From positions 1 to 63,605 of the forward strand of contig JBBREO010000001.1 of the NCBI GenBank assembly GCA_038202855.1: DNA of 63,605 bases. The letters are read 5' to 3'. A program made the translations under genes and the position numbers. Within the stretch, counting starts at the first letter, position 1. Each line of letters opens with the position of its first letter. This DNA is from Solirubrobacterales bacterium (lineage in GTDB: Bacteria > Actinomycetota > Thermoleophilia > Solirubrobacterales > Thermoleophilaceae). Positions 38,751 through 47,845 of this stretch are shown piece after piece. The notes under the pieces are model-generated. The model was not told the DNA's origin, searched no databases, and saw only the letters and a program-made list of their open reading frames with translations.

Positions 38751-40096
38751 CAGACGCGCACCTCCTCGCGTGCGCCCGACACGACGGCGGCCAGGCGGTC
38801 TATGTCGGCGCGCGAGCGGCGCTCGGTGAGCGCGATCAGCAAGCCGTCCCCGTACTCGGGGTAGCTCTCGCCCAGCCGGTAGCCGGGATTGATGCCGGCG
38901 GCACGGGCGCGCTCGAACAGACCGTCGAGGTCGGGCACGCGCACGGCGAACTCGCGCACCACCGGCCCGGGGTTGATCGCCTCCAGGCCCAGCGCCTCGC
39001 GGGCGTAGTGGGTGCGCCGGAGCATCAGCTCGCCCAGCTCCACCAGGCCCTTGCGGCCGAGCCACGACAGGTAGACCACGCCGGCCAGGGCGTTCAGCGC
39101 CTGGGCCGTGCAGATGTTGTGCGTGGCCTTCTCGCGACGGATGTGCTGCTCGCGCGTCTGCAGGGTGAGCACGAAGCCGCGCTTGCCGTCCATGTCGCGG
39201 GTCTCGCCGGCGATCCGGCCCGGCATCTTTCGAATGAAGCGGTCAGAGGCGGCGAAGAAGCCAAAGGACGGCCCGCCGTAGTCGAGGCGATTGCCCAGCG
39301 ACTGGCCCTCGCCCACGACGATGTCGGCGCCCTGGCGGCCGGGGGCCTCGAGGATGCCCAGCGGCAGCGGGTCGGCGGCGACCACGAACAGCGCGCCGGT
39401 GGCCTTGGCGGCCTCGCCCAGGCGCTCGATCTCCTCGACCGTGCCCAGGAAGTTGGGCTGCTGCACGAAGACCGCGGCGGTGTCGTCGTCCACGAGGGCG
39501 GCAAGGGCCTCGAGGTCGGTGGCGCCGTCCTCGGTGAGCGACGCCTCCACGACGGTCATGCCGTAGCCGGCCGCGTGGGTGGCCAGCGCCTCGCGCGAGT
39601 GCGGGTGCAGCCCGCGGGAGGTGACCAGCTTGGAGCGCTTGGTCTCGAGCTTGGCCAGGTACCCGGCGGCGGCCACGGCGCTCGGGCCCTCGTACACCGA
39701 GGCGTTGGAAACCGGCAGGCCCGTGAGCTCGGAGATCGCCGTTTGGAACTCGAACATCACCTGCAGCCCGCCCTGCGAGATCTCGGGCTGGTACGGCGTG
39801 TACGGCGTGAGGAACTCCGACCGGCCCAGAATCGAGTCGATGATCGCCGGCACGTAGTGGTCGTACATCCCGGCGCCGAGGAACGTGGTCTCGGCGTCGG
39901 CGTGCACGTTGCGCGCCGCCAGTGAGGACAGGTGGTCGAACACCTCGGTCTCCGACATGCCCGCGGGGATGTCCAGCGGCCGGTCCAACCGCACGGCAGC
40001 CGGGATCTCGGCGAACAGCTCGTCCAGCGACCCGACGCCGATGGCGTCCAGCATCGCCTTGCGGTCGGCGTCGGTTGCGGAGGTGTAGGTGGACAT
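38750..40096 (-). CDS. gcvPA: Glycine dehydrogenase (decarboxylating) subunit 1
   Basis: 448 aa with FLGAGMYDHY and TPYQPEISQG blocks. Confidence 0.95.
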   Translation of the reverse strand: MSTYTSATDADRKAMLDAIGVGSLDELFAEIPAAVRLDRPLDIPAGMSETEVFDHLSSLAARNVHADAETTFLGAGMYDHYVPAIIDSILGRSEFLTPYTPYQPEISQGGLQVMFEFQTAISELTGLPVSNASVYEGPSAVAAAGYLAKLETKRSKLVTSRGLHPHSREALATHAAGYGMTVVEASLTEDGATDLEALAALVDDDTAAVFVQQPNFLGTVEEIERLGEAAKATGALFVVAADPLPLGILEAPGRQGADIVVGEGQSLGNRLDYGGPSFGFFAASDRFIRKMPGRIAGETRDMDGKRGFVLTLQTREQHIRREKATHNICTAQALNALAGVVYLSWLGRKGLVELGELMLRRTHYAREALGLEAINPGPVVREFAVRVPDLDGLFERARAAGINPGYRLGESYPEYGDGLLIALTERRSRADIDRLAAVVSGAREEVRV

Positions 40097-40140
40097 GGTT
40101 CGCTGGTTCGCTGGTGCGCTGGCTTGCTGGTTCTGGTTCT
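40097..40140. repeat. Tandem octamer/hexamer microsatellite filling the gcvH-gcvPA spacer
   Basis: The array reads GGTTCGCT GGTTCGCT GGTGCGCT GGCTTGCT GGTTCT GGTTCT. It runs from the gcvH stop codon to the base before the gcvPA ATG. Confidence 0.85.
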
Positions 40141-40525
40141 ACGACTGAAGCAGGTTCTTGTACGCGTCCACGTCGAGCAGGGATTCCACCTCGCTCGGGT
40201 CGCTCAGCTTCACCTTGACCAGCCAGCCGTCGCCGTAGGGGTCGTCGTTGATCGCGTCGGGCGACTCCGACAGCGCCTCGTTGATCTCGGTCACCTCGCC
40301 GGACAGGGGCGCGAACACGTCGGACACGGCCTTGACCGACTCGACCTCGGTGTAGGGCTGGTCCTTGGTCACCGTCGCGCCGACCTCGGGCGGGTCGTAG
40401 AAGACCACCTCGCCCAGCGCGTCCTGGGCATACCAAGTCACGCCGAAGACGGCCTCCTCACCCTCGATCCGGGCCCAGTCGTGCTCGGGGTGGTACTTCA
40501 GGTCATCGGGATAGCTCTCCGCCAC
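40139..40525 (-). CDS. gcvH: Glycine cleavage system H protein
   Basis: 128 aa with the lipoyl-lysine block VESVKAVSD. The GTG at 40525 is preceded by AGGAG. I trimmed it from track ORF 40139..40642. Confidence 0.95.
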   Translation of the reverse strand: MAESYPDDLKYHPEHDWARIEGEEAVFGVTWYAQDALGEVVFYDPPEVGATVTKDQPYTEVESVKAVSDVFAPLSGEVTEINEALSESPDAINDDPYGDGWLVKVKLSDPSEVESLLDVDAYKNLLQS

Positions 40526-40532
40526 TTCGCTC

Positions 40533-41669
40533 CTATTCCTTCGATGTTCTCGGTGCGGTGCTCGGCCGATCGACGATCGGCCTGTGCTCCTCCCGCTTAT
40601 AAAGGGGCTTGGCGCGCACCTCGGCGGCACGCGCCCTTCCACGTACGTCGACCTCGATCTTCGTGCCCGGCTCCGCGGACTCCTCGGGCACGTAGCCCAT
40701 CCCGATCCCGTAGCCCAGGCACGGCGACATGGTCCCGCTGGTCACCACGCCCTCCCCGGCGTCCGAGTGGATCGTGTTGCCCTGACGCGGTATTCCCGGG
40801 CCCGTGAAGGCGAACGGCACCAGCTTGCCGCCCGTGTCGACGCCACGCAGGGCGTCGGAGCCGATGAAGCCGGTGTCGAGCTTCACCGCCCAGCCCAACC
40901 CGGCCTCGAGCGGGTTGTGGTCGAGGGTGAGGTCGTTGCCGTAGAGGTGGAAGCACACTTCGGTGCGCAGCGTGTCGCGCGCCGCCAGTCCGGCGGGTAC
41001 CACGCCCTCGTCGAGCAGCGCGTCCCAGATCGCCGGCGCCGCGCTGGGGGGCATCAGCAGCTCCACGCCGTCCTCGCCGGTGTAGCCCGTTCCACAGGCC
41101 AGCACCTGCGAGCCGGCCACGCCCACCGTGGCGGTGCGCATCCGGGCCGGCAGCTCGCCGCGGGTCAGCCGGGCCACGATCTCGCGCGCCTCGGGACCCT
41201 GGACGGCCAGCATCGCGTACTTCTCGGCGGCGTCGGAGACGGTCACGTCGAAGTCACCGGCGTGACCGGCGAACCAGGCGTAGTCGCTCTCGTGGTTCGA
41301 CGCGTTGGTCACCGTCAGGAAGCGCTCCCGGTCTCCGAAGCGCAGCCGGTAGGTGAACAGGTCGTCGATCACGCCGCCGTCCTCGCGACAGAGCACGGAG
41401 TACTGCGCTCCGCCATCGGCCAGCGTGGTCAGGTCGTTGGACAACAGGTGCTGGAGGAAGGCCTCGGCATCGGGGCCCTCGGTCTCGATCTCGCCCATGT
41501 GGGAGACGTCGAAGACCCCGGCGCCCTGCCGGACGGCCAGGTGCTCCTGGCGCACGCCTTCGTACTGCACGGGCATCTCCCAGCCCGCGAAGGGGACGAG
41601 CTTGGCGCCGGCCGCCTCGTGGCGGCCATAGAGCGACGTACGCCGCAGGGTGTCCAGGGCTTCGGACAA
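40533..41669 (-). CDS. gcvT: Glycine cleavage system aminomethyltransferase T
   Basis: It has [10 protein letters not shown] and FDVSHMGE blocks. The start is uncertain because there is no ATG, and I chose TTG at 41669. The C-terminus is extended by the repeat element at 40546..40594. Confidence 0.85.
   Translation of the reverse strand: MSEALDTLRRTSLYGRHEAAGAKLVPFAGWEMPVQYEGVRQEHLAVRQGAGVFDVSHMGEIETEGPDAEAFLQHLLSNDLTTLADGGAQYSVLCREDGGVIDDLFTYRLRFGDRERFLTVTNASNHESDYAWFAGHAGDFDVTVSDAAEKYAMLAVQGPEAREIVARLTRGELPARMRTATVGVAGSQVLACGTGYTGEDGVELLMPPSAAPAIWDALLDEGVVPAGLAARDTLRTEVCFHLYGNDLTLDHNPLEAGLGWAVKLDTGFIGSDALRGVDTGGKLVPFAFTGPGIPRQGNTIHSDAGEGVVTSGTMSPCLGYGIGMGYVPEESAEPGTKIEVDVRGRARAAEVRAKPLYKREEHRPIVDRPSTAPRTSKE
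40546..40594 (-). repeat. Family-1 palindrome-containing element, copy C (in the gcvT 3' end, 20 nt upstream of the gcvH start)
   Basis: The minus-strand sense reads GGGAGGAGCACAG-GCCGATCGTCGATCGGC-CGAGCACCGCACCGAGAAC. The central palindrome resembles copy B. It is read in a different frame from copy B. Confidence 0.75.
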
Positions 41670-41746
41670 GGACGGGAGGTTACCGGCGGGATCGCGTTCG
41701 CCGTGCGTCCATCCCGCCCTGGCTCTGCAGTGCGCGCAGGTTTGGG

Positions 41747-42085
41747 CTAGGAGTCCGCGACAGCCGGCTCGTCGCCCTGAGCTCGGAGCGCCAGGGCGCT
41801 CAGGAAGGCGCCGGTGAGTGCCGCGACAGTGACCGCCACGCCCCCGTACGGCGAGACTTCCCGGCGGCGTGCGGCCCGCAGGCCGGCGACCGTGTCGAGG
41901 ACATCGCACCCGAGGCCGCCGCGGACCCAGCGCTGCTGGGCATCCCCGTCGCTGGTGAGCGTGCCCCATCCGAGGGCCGCGTCACGCGCGGCGAACAGCC
42001 GCCCCATGTACGGCAACTGCGGGTTGCCGTCGATGTCCAGGCCGAAGAGGCGGCACACCCGTCGCGGCGCGAGCCATGCCGACAC
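41747..42085 (-). CDS. Hypothetical small protein with a hydrophobic C-terminal segment
   Basis: 112 aa. The composition is plausible, and it occupies the gap between ftsZ and the gcv operon. I recognised no motif. Confidence 0.4.
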   Translation of the reverse strand: MSAWLAPRRVCRLFGLDIDGNPQLPYMGRLFAARDAALGWGTLTSDGDAQQRWVRGGLGCDVLDTVAGLRAARRREVSPYGGVAVTVAALTGAFLSALALRAQGDEPAVADS

Positions 42086-42126
42086 GCCGACCGCGATGCG
42101 CAGGCCGCCCAGGAGGCGGAGGGGCG

Positions 42127-43215
42127 TCAGTCCTTCAGGAACGATGGGATGTCGATCTCGTCGTCTGAGATCTCCAGCGAGGAGCGCTGGCGGTCGTCCA
42201 TCGAGACGTCGCGGCGGCGCGGCTCGCGCCGCCGGCCGGTCGAGTCCTCGGTGAACAGCGATCCGCCGCTGGCACCGTCGAAGCCTGTGGCGATCACCGT
42301 GACCCGGACGCCGTCGCCGATCCCCTCGTCCACCACGGCGCCGAAGATGATGTTCGAGTTCTGGTCGGCGGCCTGTTGGATGATCTCGGCCGCCTCGTTG
42401 ACCTCGAACAGGCCCAGGTCCTGGCCGCCGGTGATGTTCAGCAGGATGCCGGTGGCGCCCTCCACCGACTGCTCGAGCAGCGGGCTGGAGATGGCCGCCT
42501 TGGCCGCCTCGCCGGCGCGGTTCTCGCCGTTGGCCTCGCCGATGCCCATCAGGGCGGACCCGGCGTCGGCCATGATCGTGCGCACGTCTGCGAAGTCCAG
42601 GTTGATCAGCCCGGGGATCGTGATCAGGTCGGTGATGCCCTGGACGCCCTGGCGCAGCACGTTGTCGGCCTCGCGGAAGGCCTCGAGGATCGAGGTGCGC
42701 CGCTCCACGACCGCGAGAAGCTTCTCGTTGGGGATGACGATCAGGGTGTCCACCTGGTCGCGCAGGCGGTCGATGCCCTCGTCGGACTGACGCCGGCGCT
42801 GGGAGCCCTCGAAGTCGAACGGCCGGGTGACCACACCGACGGTCAGGGCGCCGATCTCCTGCTTGGACACCTCGGCGATCACGGGAGCCGCACCGGTGCC
42901 GGTGCCGCCGCCCTCGCCCGCGGTGACGAAGACCATGTCCGCGCCCTTGAGCGCCTCCTTGAGCTCGTCGCGGCTCTCGTTGGCCGCGCCGTAGCCCGTC
43001 TCGGGGTCAGCGCCCGCGCCCAGGCCCCGCGTGAGCTGGTCGCCGATCTGGAGCTTGATGTCGGCGTCGCACATCTGCAACGCCTGCGCATCGGTGTTCA
43101 CGGCGATGAACTCGACGCCCTTGAGGCCCGCGTCGACCATGCGGTTGACGGCGTTTGTGCCGCCTCCGCCAACGCCAACGACCTTTATGACCGCCAGGTA
43201 ACTGCCCGTGTCCAT
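42127..43215 (-). CDS. ftsZ: Cell division protein FtsZ
   Basis: It has the tubulin signature [18 protein letters not shown], and a C-terminal DIPSFLK peptide. Confidence 0.97.
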   Translation of the reverse strand: MDTGSYLAVIKVVGVGGGGTNAVNRMVDAGLKGVEFIAVNTDAQALQMCDADIKLQIGDQLTRGLGAGADPETGYGAANESRDELKEALKGADMVFVTAGEGGGTGTGAAPVIAEVSKQEIGALTVGVVTRPFDFEGSQRRRQSDEGIDRLRDQVDTLIVIPNEKLLAVVERRTSILEAFREADNVLRQGVQGITDLITIPGLINLDFADVRTIMADAGSALMGIGEANGENRAGEAAKAAISSPLLEQSVEGATGILLNITGGQDLGLFEVNEAAEIIQQAADQNSNIIFGAVVDEGIGDGVRVTVIATGFDGASGGSLFTEDSTGRRREPRRRDVSMDDRQRSSLEISDDEIDIPSFLKD

Positions 43216-43424
43216 CTCAGTGAGTCCTCGCCTCGTGTGCTGGGGATACGTCCGGACGTCAAGCGATCATCGAGGGTTTTCGTCGACTACCGAAGACCGC
43301 TGCAATCCGGGACTGTAGGCGGCATCTCGCGCCGGTGTCAACATAGCGCGCAATGAATCCTGCATTCTAGACCTGTATCCGACATCGAGGGTTGGCCCAA
43401 CCATCGACTTCAGGTCGAAGGTTC

Positions 43425-44384
43425 TCATGGTTGCGTCTGGGAGGTCGGCGGCTGGGTCGCTGGGGCCGGACTTGCGGCCGGCGGCGACGCGGCCGATGGC
43501 GTCGTCGCCGGCGGGGTCACAGGCTGCGCGCCCTGCACCGGATCCTGGCTGGAACCCGCGGGGGCGACGGGCTGCATCGTCTGCACGGGCAGGCCGCCCG
43601 CGGCCGGGCGGCCGGGCAGCCGCACGTCTATGTAGTCCGCACCCGCGGCGTCGCGATCGGCGAGCACGCGGGTGACCGCGGCCCACTTCTCCCCGAGGCG
43701 GGTGGCGGGGCCGAACTCCAGCAGCGGTCCGTCGGTCACCTGCACGACCCAGCCCTTCCCTGGCCGGCGGGCGACGTTCTCGAGCTTCCCGGTCAGCGCG
43801 GCGGGCGCTCCGCCGGCCACGCGGACGGCGTCAAGCGTGCCGCTGGGGGTGAGCCGCTTGGCCGGTAGGGCACCGGCCTTGACCTTCACCTCGGGCAGCG
43901 ACCCCCGCAGCGGGAGGCCGGTGAGCACCGACCCGTCGCCGGCCACGGGTATCCGCCGCGCGCCCACCACGAGCATGGCCGCGGGCCGCTGCTCGGTCAC
44001 GAGGATCCGCATGCCGGACGGGAACTCGGTCTGCACGCGCACCGACCGGATCGTCGGGAAGCGGTCGGTGGCCGCACCGATGGCGCCGTGGTCCACGTGG
44101 AGGGTGGTCGAGTCGCGCGCAGCGTGCTCGAGCGCGGCGGTGGCGCGGGCGCCATCCCGACCGCCGCTCAGCCCCGTGACGGCCACCCGGTCGACCGCGA
44201 ACACCCCGAGGTCGCGCAGGACGAGCATGTAGGCCGCGAACAGGATTCCGGCCACCACCGCCAGGACGACCGCGCGCCGGCGCAGGTGGCGGGGCACGGC
44301 GAGCACCAGGTGGCCGGGCAGGCGCAGCGCGCGGGCCGGGGAGACGCCCCCGAGGCGGCGGACGGCGGCCAGGGCCGCGCTCAC
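43425..44384 (-). CDS. ftsQ: Cell division protein FtsQ/DivIB with a Pro/Thr/Ala-rich C-terminal tail
   Basis: It has a single TM segment, a POTRA-like region (FAVDRVAVTGL) and a PT-rich tail. The GTG at 44384 overlaps the murB stop. I trimmed it from track ORF 43425..45023. Confidence 0.8.
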   Translation of the reverse strand: MSAALAAVRRLGGVSPARALRLPGHLVLAVPRHLRRRAVVLAVVAGILFAAYMLVLRDLGVFAVDRVAVTGLSGGRDGARATAALEHAARDSTTLHVDHGAIGAATDRFPTIRSVRVQTEFPSGMRILVTEQRPAAMLVVGARRIPVAGDGSVLTGLPLRGSLPEVKVKAGALPAKRLTPSGTLDAVRVAGGAPAALTGKLENVARRPGKGWVVQVTDGPLLEFGPATRLGEKWAAVTRVLADRDAAGADYIDVRLPGRPAAGGLPVQTMQPVAPAGSSQDPVQGAQPVTPPATTPSAASPPAASPAPATQPPTSQTQP

Positions 44385-45289
44385 GCCTGGGCCTCGCCAG
44401 GGTCGACGTCGCCGAGCGTCTGCACCTCGGCCTCGAGCTCGATGCCGAAGCGCTCCTGCACCCGGCGACGGGCCTCGTTCATGAGGGCCACCACGTCGGC
44501 GGTGGTCGCCTCGCCGGCGTTCTCCACGAAGTTGGCGTGCACCAGGGACAGGCGCGCGCCGCCCACCTCCAGGCCTCGACAGCCCGCCTCGTCGAGCAGA
44601 ACGCCGGCGGTGCGGCCCTCGGCGCGGGGGTCGTCGGGGTTCTTGAACGTGCTGCCGAAGGTCTTGATGCCCGCGGGCTGGGCGGCGCGACGCTTTCCGC
44701 GCTTGTCGGCCAGGGTGGCCTTGACGGCGGCCGGGTCGGCGGGCTCGAGCAGGAAGGAGGCCCGCGCCACCACCTCGCGCGGGCCGAGGTTCGAGCGCCG
44801 GTAGGAGAAGGCGAAGTCCGCCGGGACGCGGCGGTCCGTGCCCGCCGGTGTGGCCACATCGGCCCACTCCAGGGCCCGCGACAGGTCGCCGCCGTAGGCG
44901 TTGGCGTTCATCTTCACGGCCCCGCCCACCGTCCCGGGGATGTTCACGCCGAACTCCAGGCCGGTCAGGCCCTCGCGGGCGGCGCGGGCGGAGACCGAGG
45001 GCAGCCGGGCGCCCCCGCCGCACAGCAGCCGGGGGCCGTCGCGCTCGGCCTGGGCGAGCGGACCGTCGAGCTTCATGGCGAGTCCGCGAAAGCCGGCATC
45101 AGCTACGAGCAGATTCGAGCCCGATCCGATCACTCCTACCTGCAGATCCTCCGACTCGGCCCAGCGCAGCAGCTCCACCAGGCGCTCCTCGCCGTCGGGC
45201 CGGGCGTAATAGTCAGCCGGACCGCCGGTGCGCACGGTGGTCAGCCGCGCGAGCGGGAAGTCCCGCTGGACGCCGTCGGGGATCGTCAC
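44381..45289 (-). CDS. murB: UDP-N-acetylenolpyruvoylglucosamine reductase
   Basis: It has an FAD-binding domain (GSGSNLLV) and a C-terminal MurB domain (AGSTFKNP-like GSTFKNP). Confidence 0.9.
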   Translation of the reverse strand: MTIPDGVQRDFPLARLTTVRTGGPADYYARPDGEERLVELLRWAESEDLQVGVIGSGSNLLVADAGFRGLAMKLDGPLAQAERDGPRLLCGGGARLPSVSARAAREGLTGLEFGVNIPGTVGGAVKMNANAYGGDLSRALEWADVATPAGTDRRVPADFAFSYRRSNLGPREVVARASFLLEPADPAAVKATLADKRGKRRAAQPAGIKTFGSTFKNPDDPRAEGRTAGVLLDEAGCRGLEVGGARLSLVHANFVENAGEATTADVVALMNEARRRVQERFGIELEAEVQTLGDVDPGEAQA

Positions 45290-46608
45290 GTGAGCTCCCG
45301 GGCCAGGCCGTCGACGTCCCCCGCCCCCAGGGTGAGCAGCACGTCACCGTCGCCGAGCTCGGCGCCTAGCCGCTCGGCGGCCTCCGCCAGCGTCGGGGTC
45401 CACATCACCCGGCGCCCGCCCGCGGCATCGGCTGCCGCCTGGGCCACGAGCAGGCCCGACACCCCGGGGAAGTCCTCGGGCCGCTCGCGGGCCGGGTAGA
45501 CGTCCACGACCACGACCACGTCGGCGACGGCCAGAGCGCGGCCAAAGCCGCGGGCCAGCTCCTTGGTCCGCGAGTAGAGGTGGGGCTGGAAGCAGGCGAC
45601 CAGGCGGTGTGCGCCCAGCGTGCGGGCCGCCTCCAGCGTGGCCCGCACCTCGGTTGGATGGTGGGCGTAGTCGTCGAACACCCGCGCGCCGGTCACGGTG
45701 TGGCCGTGCTCCTCGAAGCGCCGGCCGGTCCCCGTGTATCCCGCCAGGGCGGGCGCGGCCTCCTCGAGCGCCACGCCCGCCTCGCGGCAGGCGGCCAGGG
45801 CAGCGAGGGCGTTGGCCACGTTGTGGCGCCCCGGCACCGACAGCTCGACGTCGACCCCCTCCACGGAGAAGCGGGCACCCAGCGGCCGCAGCTCCACTTC
45901 CTCGGCGGTCAGGTCCTCGCCGTCGAACCCGTAGGTCAGCGCGGCGGCGATCTGGGCGCCGGGCCCGGCGATCCGCACCTGCGCCGGGGCCACGAACTCC
46001 TCGAACGCGGTGCGAAGCTCGCCCAGGGAGGCGTAGGTGTGGTGGTGGTCGAGCTCGACGTTGGTGACCACGGCCACGTCGCGCTCCAACTCGAGGAAGG
46101 AGCCGTCGGACTCGTCGGCCTCCACCACGATCCACTCCCCCTCCCCCCAGGCGGCGTTGGTGCCGCGCGAGCGCAGCTCGCCGCCGATCACGAACGCCGG
46201 CTCGCGGCCACACTCGCCCAGTGCGTGGGCGATCATCCCGCAGGTGGTGGTCTTGCCGTGGGTGCCGGCCACGGCGATCGATCGCTTGAGGCCCGACAGC
46301 TCGCCCAGCAGCCGTCCGCGATGCAGCACCGTCGCTCCGGCGTCGCGGGCGGCGGCCAGCTCCGGGTTGTCCTCGGGGATGGCGGTGGAGACGATTACCT
46401 CGGCGCCGGCGGGCAGGTTGGCGGCGTCGTGGCCGATCGCCGGCTCGATGCCGGCGGCCCGCAGGCGGGCCGTGTAGGAGGACTCGGCGCGGTCCGAGCC
46501 TGTGACCGTCGCGCCGAGCTGGGCGCACACCAGCGCCAGGCCGCTCATGCCTGCCCCGCCGATACCCACGAAGTGCAGGCGGCGATCGCTGAGGGGCCGA
46601 GCGCTCAT
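45286..46608 (-). CDS. murC: UDP-N-acetylmuramate--L-alanine ligase
   Basis: It has HFVGIGGAGMSGLA, the GTHGKTTT P-loop and the Mur ligase C-terminal domain. Confidence 0.95.
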   Translation of the reverse strand: MSARPLSDRRLHFVGIGGAGMSGLALVCAQLGATVTGSDRAESSYTARLRAAGIEPAIGHDAANLPAGAEVIVSTAIPEDNPELAAARDAGATVLHRGRLLGELSGLKRSIAVAGTHGKTTTCGMIAHALGECGREPAFVIGGELRSRGTNAAWGEGEWIVVEADESDGSFLELERDVAVVTNVELDHHHTYASLGELRTAFEEFVAPAQVRIAGPGAQIAAALTYGFDGEDLTAEEVELRPLGARFSVEGVDVELSVPGRHNVANALAALAACREAGVALEEAAPALAGYTGTGRRFEEHGHTVTGARVFDDYAHHPTEVRATLEAARTLGAHRLVACFQPHLYSRTKELARGFGRALAVADVVVVVDVYPARERPEDFPGVSGLLVAQAAADAAGGRRVMWTPTLAEAAERLGAELGDGDVLLTLGAGDVDGLARELT

Positions 46609-46681
46609 CCTGGGGGCAGATTACGGTCGCGGGGCGACGATGTGAGGGCGCACGCCGAGCTTTTCGCCATCATGGGCTGTT

Positions 46682-47845
46682 GTGGCCCGTATGCCTGCAC
46701 GTCTCACCCTGCTCCTGATCGCCCTGACGGCGACGGTCCTGCTTGCCCTGCCAGGGGTGGCACTGGCCGACAGCTTCGACCCAGATCCCGGCTCGATCCT
46801 CGCCCCAAGTGCCCCAAGCCCGCCGCCGTCGATCCCCAATCAGAGCCAGGAGGGCGACACCCTCGACGGGTACGAGGGAGCATGGGATTCGGGAACCATC
46901 CTCACCTACAAATGGCTCCGATGCGAGAGCGACAAGTCAACATGCGTCGCCACGGGCGACACAGACCTGAGCTACACGCTCGCGTCCGCAGATGTGGGCA
47001 AAATCGTGAAGCTCCGGGTGACGGGCACCAACGGCTTGGACTCCCGCCAAGCCGACTCGAACGAGATCGGCCCCATCGTCCAAGCCCCGGTCCCGCCATC
47101 GCCGCCCACCGCGCCTCCCTCGATCACGGGGACTGCGCAGGAGAACGAAGTGCTGACCGGCGACCGGGGCGCGTGGGACGCGACCGCCGTCTCCTTCACC
47201 TACGAGTGGTTCCGGTGTGACCTCGCCACCTGTGAGACCACCGGCGACACCGATCTGAGCCACACGCTCACCGCCGACGACGTGGGCAAGACCATCAAGC
47301 TGCGGGTGACCGGTCGGAGTGCCACAAACGGCACAACCGAAGCCGACTCGGACAGCTTCGGCCCCATCGCCCCAGCCCCTCCAGGCCCCACGCCGACACC
47401 GACTCCCGCGACCAGCCCGCCGGCAAGCACCGGACCGCCGGCCACGACGAGCCCGCCCCCCGCGAAACAGTCAAAGCCCGCTCCGACGCTCAAGCGGCTG
47501 TCGCCCTTCCCCCTGCTGGTGATCGGCGGCCGGGTGTCGGGCTCGGTGACCGTCTTCTCCAGCGTCAGCCTCAACCGGATGCCCCGCGGAGCCACCGTCC
47601 GGATCAGCTGCACCGGCCGCAGCTGCCCCTTCGCGCGGTCGGCCACCACCCTGCGCAAGGGCTCGAAGATGACGCTCGTGAGCCTGCAGCGCAGCCTGAG
47701 CGCCGGAACGGTGATCACCATCACCGTGCGCAAGGGCAAGACGCTTGGCAAGTACACGCGGCTGCGGATCCGTCGCGGCACCGCCCCCGCCCGGGTCGAC
47801 CGCTGCGTGCGTCCGGGCTCGTCGAAGCCGGTGGCCTGCAAGTGA
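46682..47845 (+). CDS. Secreted protein: signal peptide, two approx. 85-aa Ig-like repeats, a PT-rich linker and a conserved Cys-containing basic C-terminal domain
   Basis: The signal peptide is LLLIALTATVLLALPGVALA. The repeats carry G-x-W...Y-x-W-x-RC...C...TGDTDL-x-YTL...DVGK-x-I-KLRVTG (about 46820..47071 and 47090..47341). The C-terminal domain begins LSPFPLLVIGGR and ends DRCVRPGSSKPVAC. Many A/T-ending codons are visible. Confidence 0.75.
   Translation: MARMPARLTLLLIALTATVLLALPGVALADSFDPDPGSILAPSAPSPPPSIPNQSQEGDTLDGYEGAWDSGTILTYKWLRCESDKSTCVATGDTDLSYTLASADVGKIVKLRVTGTNGLDSRQADSNEIGPIVQAPVPPSPPTAPPSITGTAQENEVLTGDRGAWDATAVSFTYEWFRCDLATCETTGDTDLSHTLTADDVGKTIKLRVTGRSATNGTTEADSDSFGPIAPAPPGPTPTPTPATSPPASTGPPATTSPPPAKQSKPAPTLKRLSPFPLLVIGGRVSGSVTVFSSVSLNRMPRGATVRISCTGRSCPFARSATTLRKGSKMTLVSLQRSLSAGTVITITVRKGKTLGKYTRLRIRRGTAPARVDRCVRPGSSKPVACK

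Noticed and set aside
41670-41746. Possible glycine riboswitch in the 77-nt leader of the gcvT operon
   Set aside because: I read the minus-strand RNA and found a GGCGGGAU...AUCCCGCC stem. I did not find the conserved glycine-aptamer cores (GGAGAG, CGCCGAAGGAGCAA, CUCUCAGG...GGAC). The space is also too short for even one canonical aptamer plus an expression platform. A covariance-model scan would be needed to overturn this.
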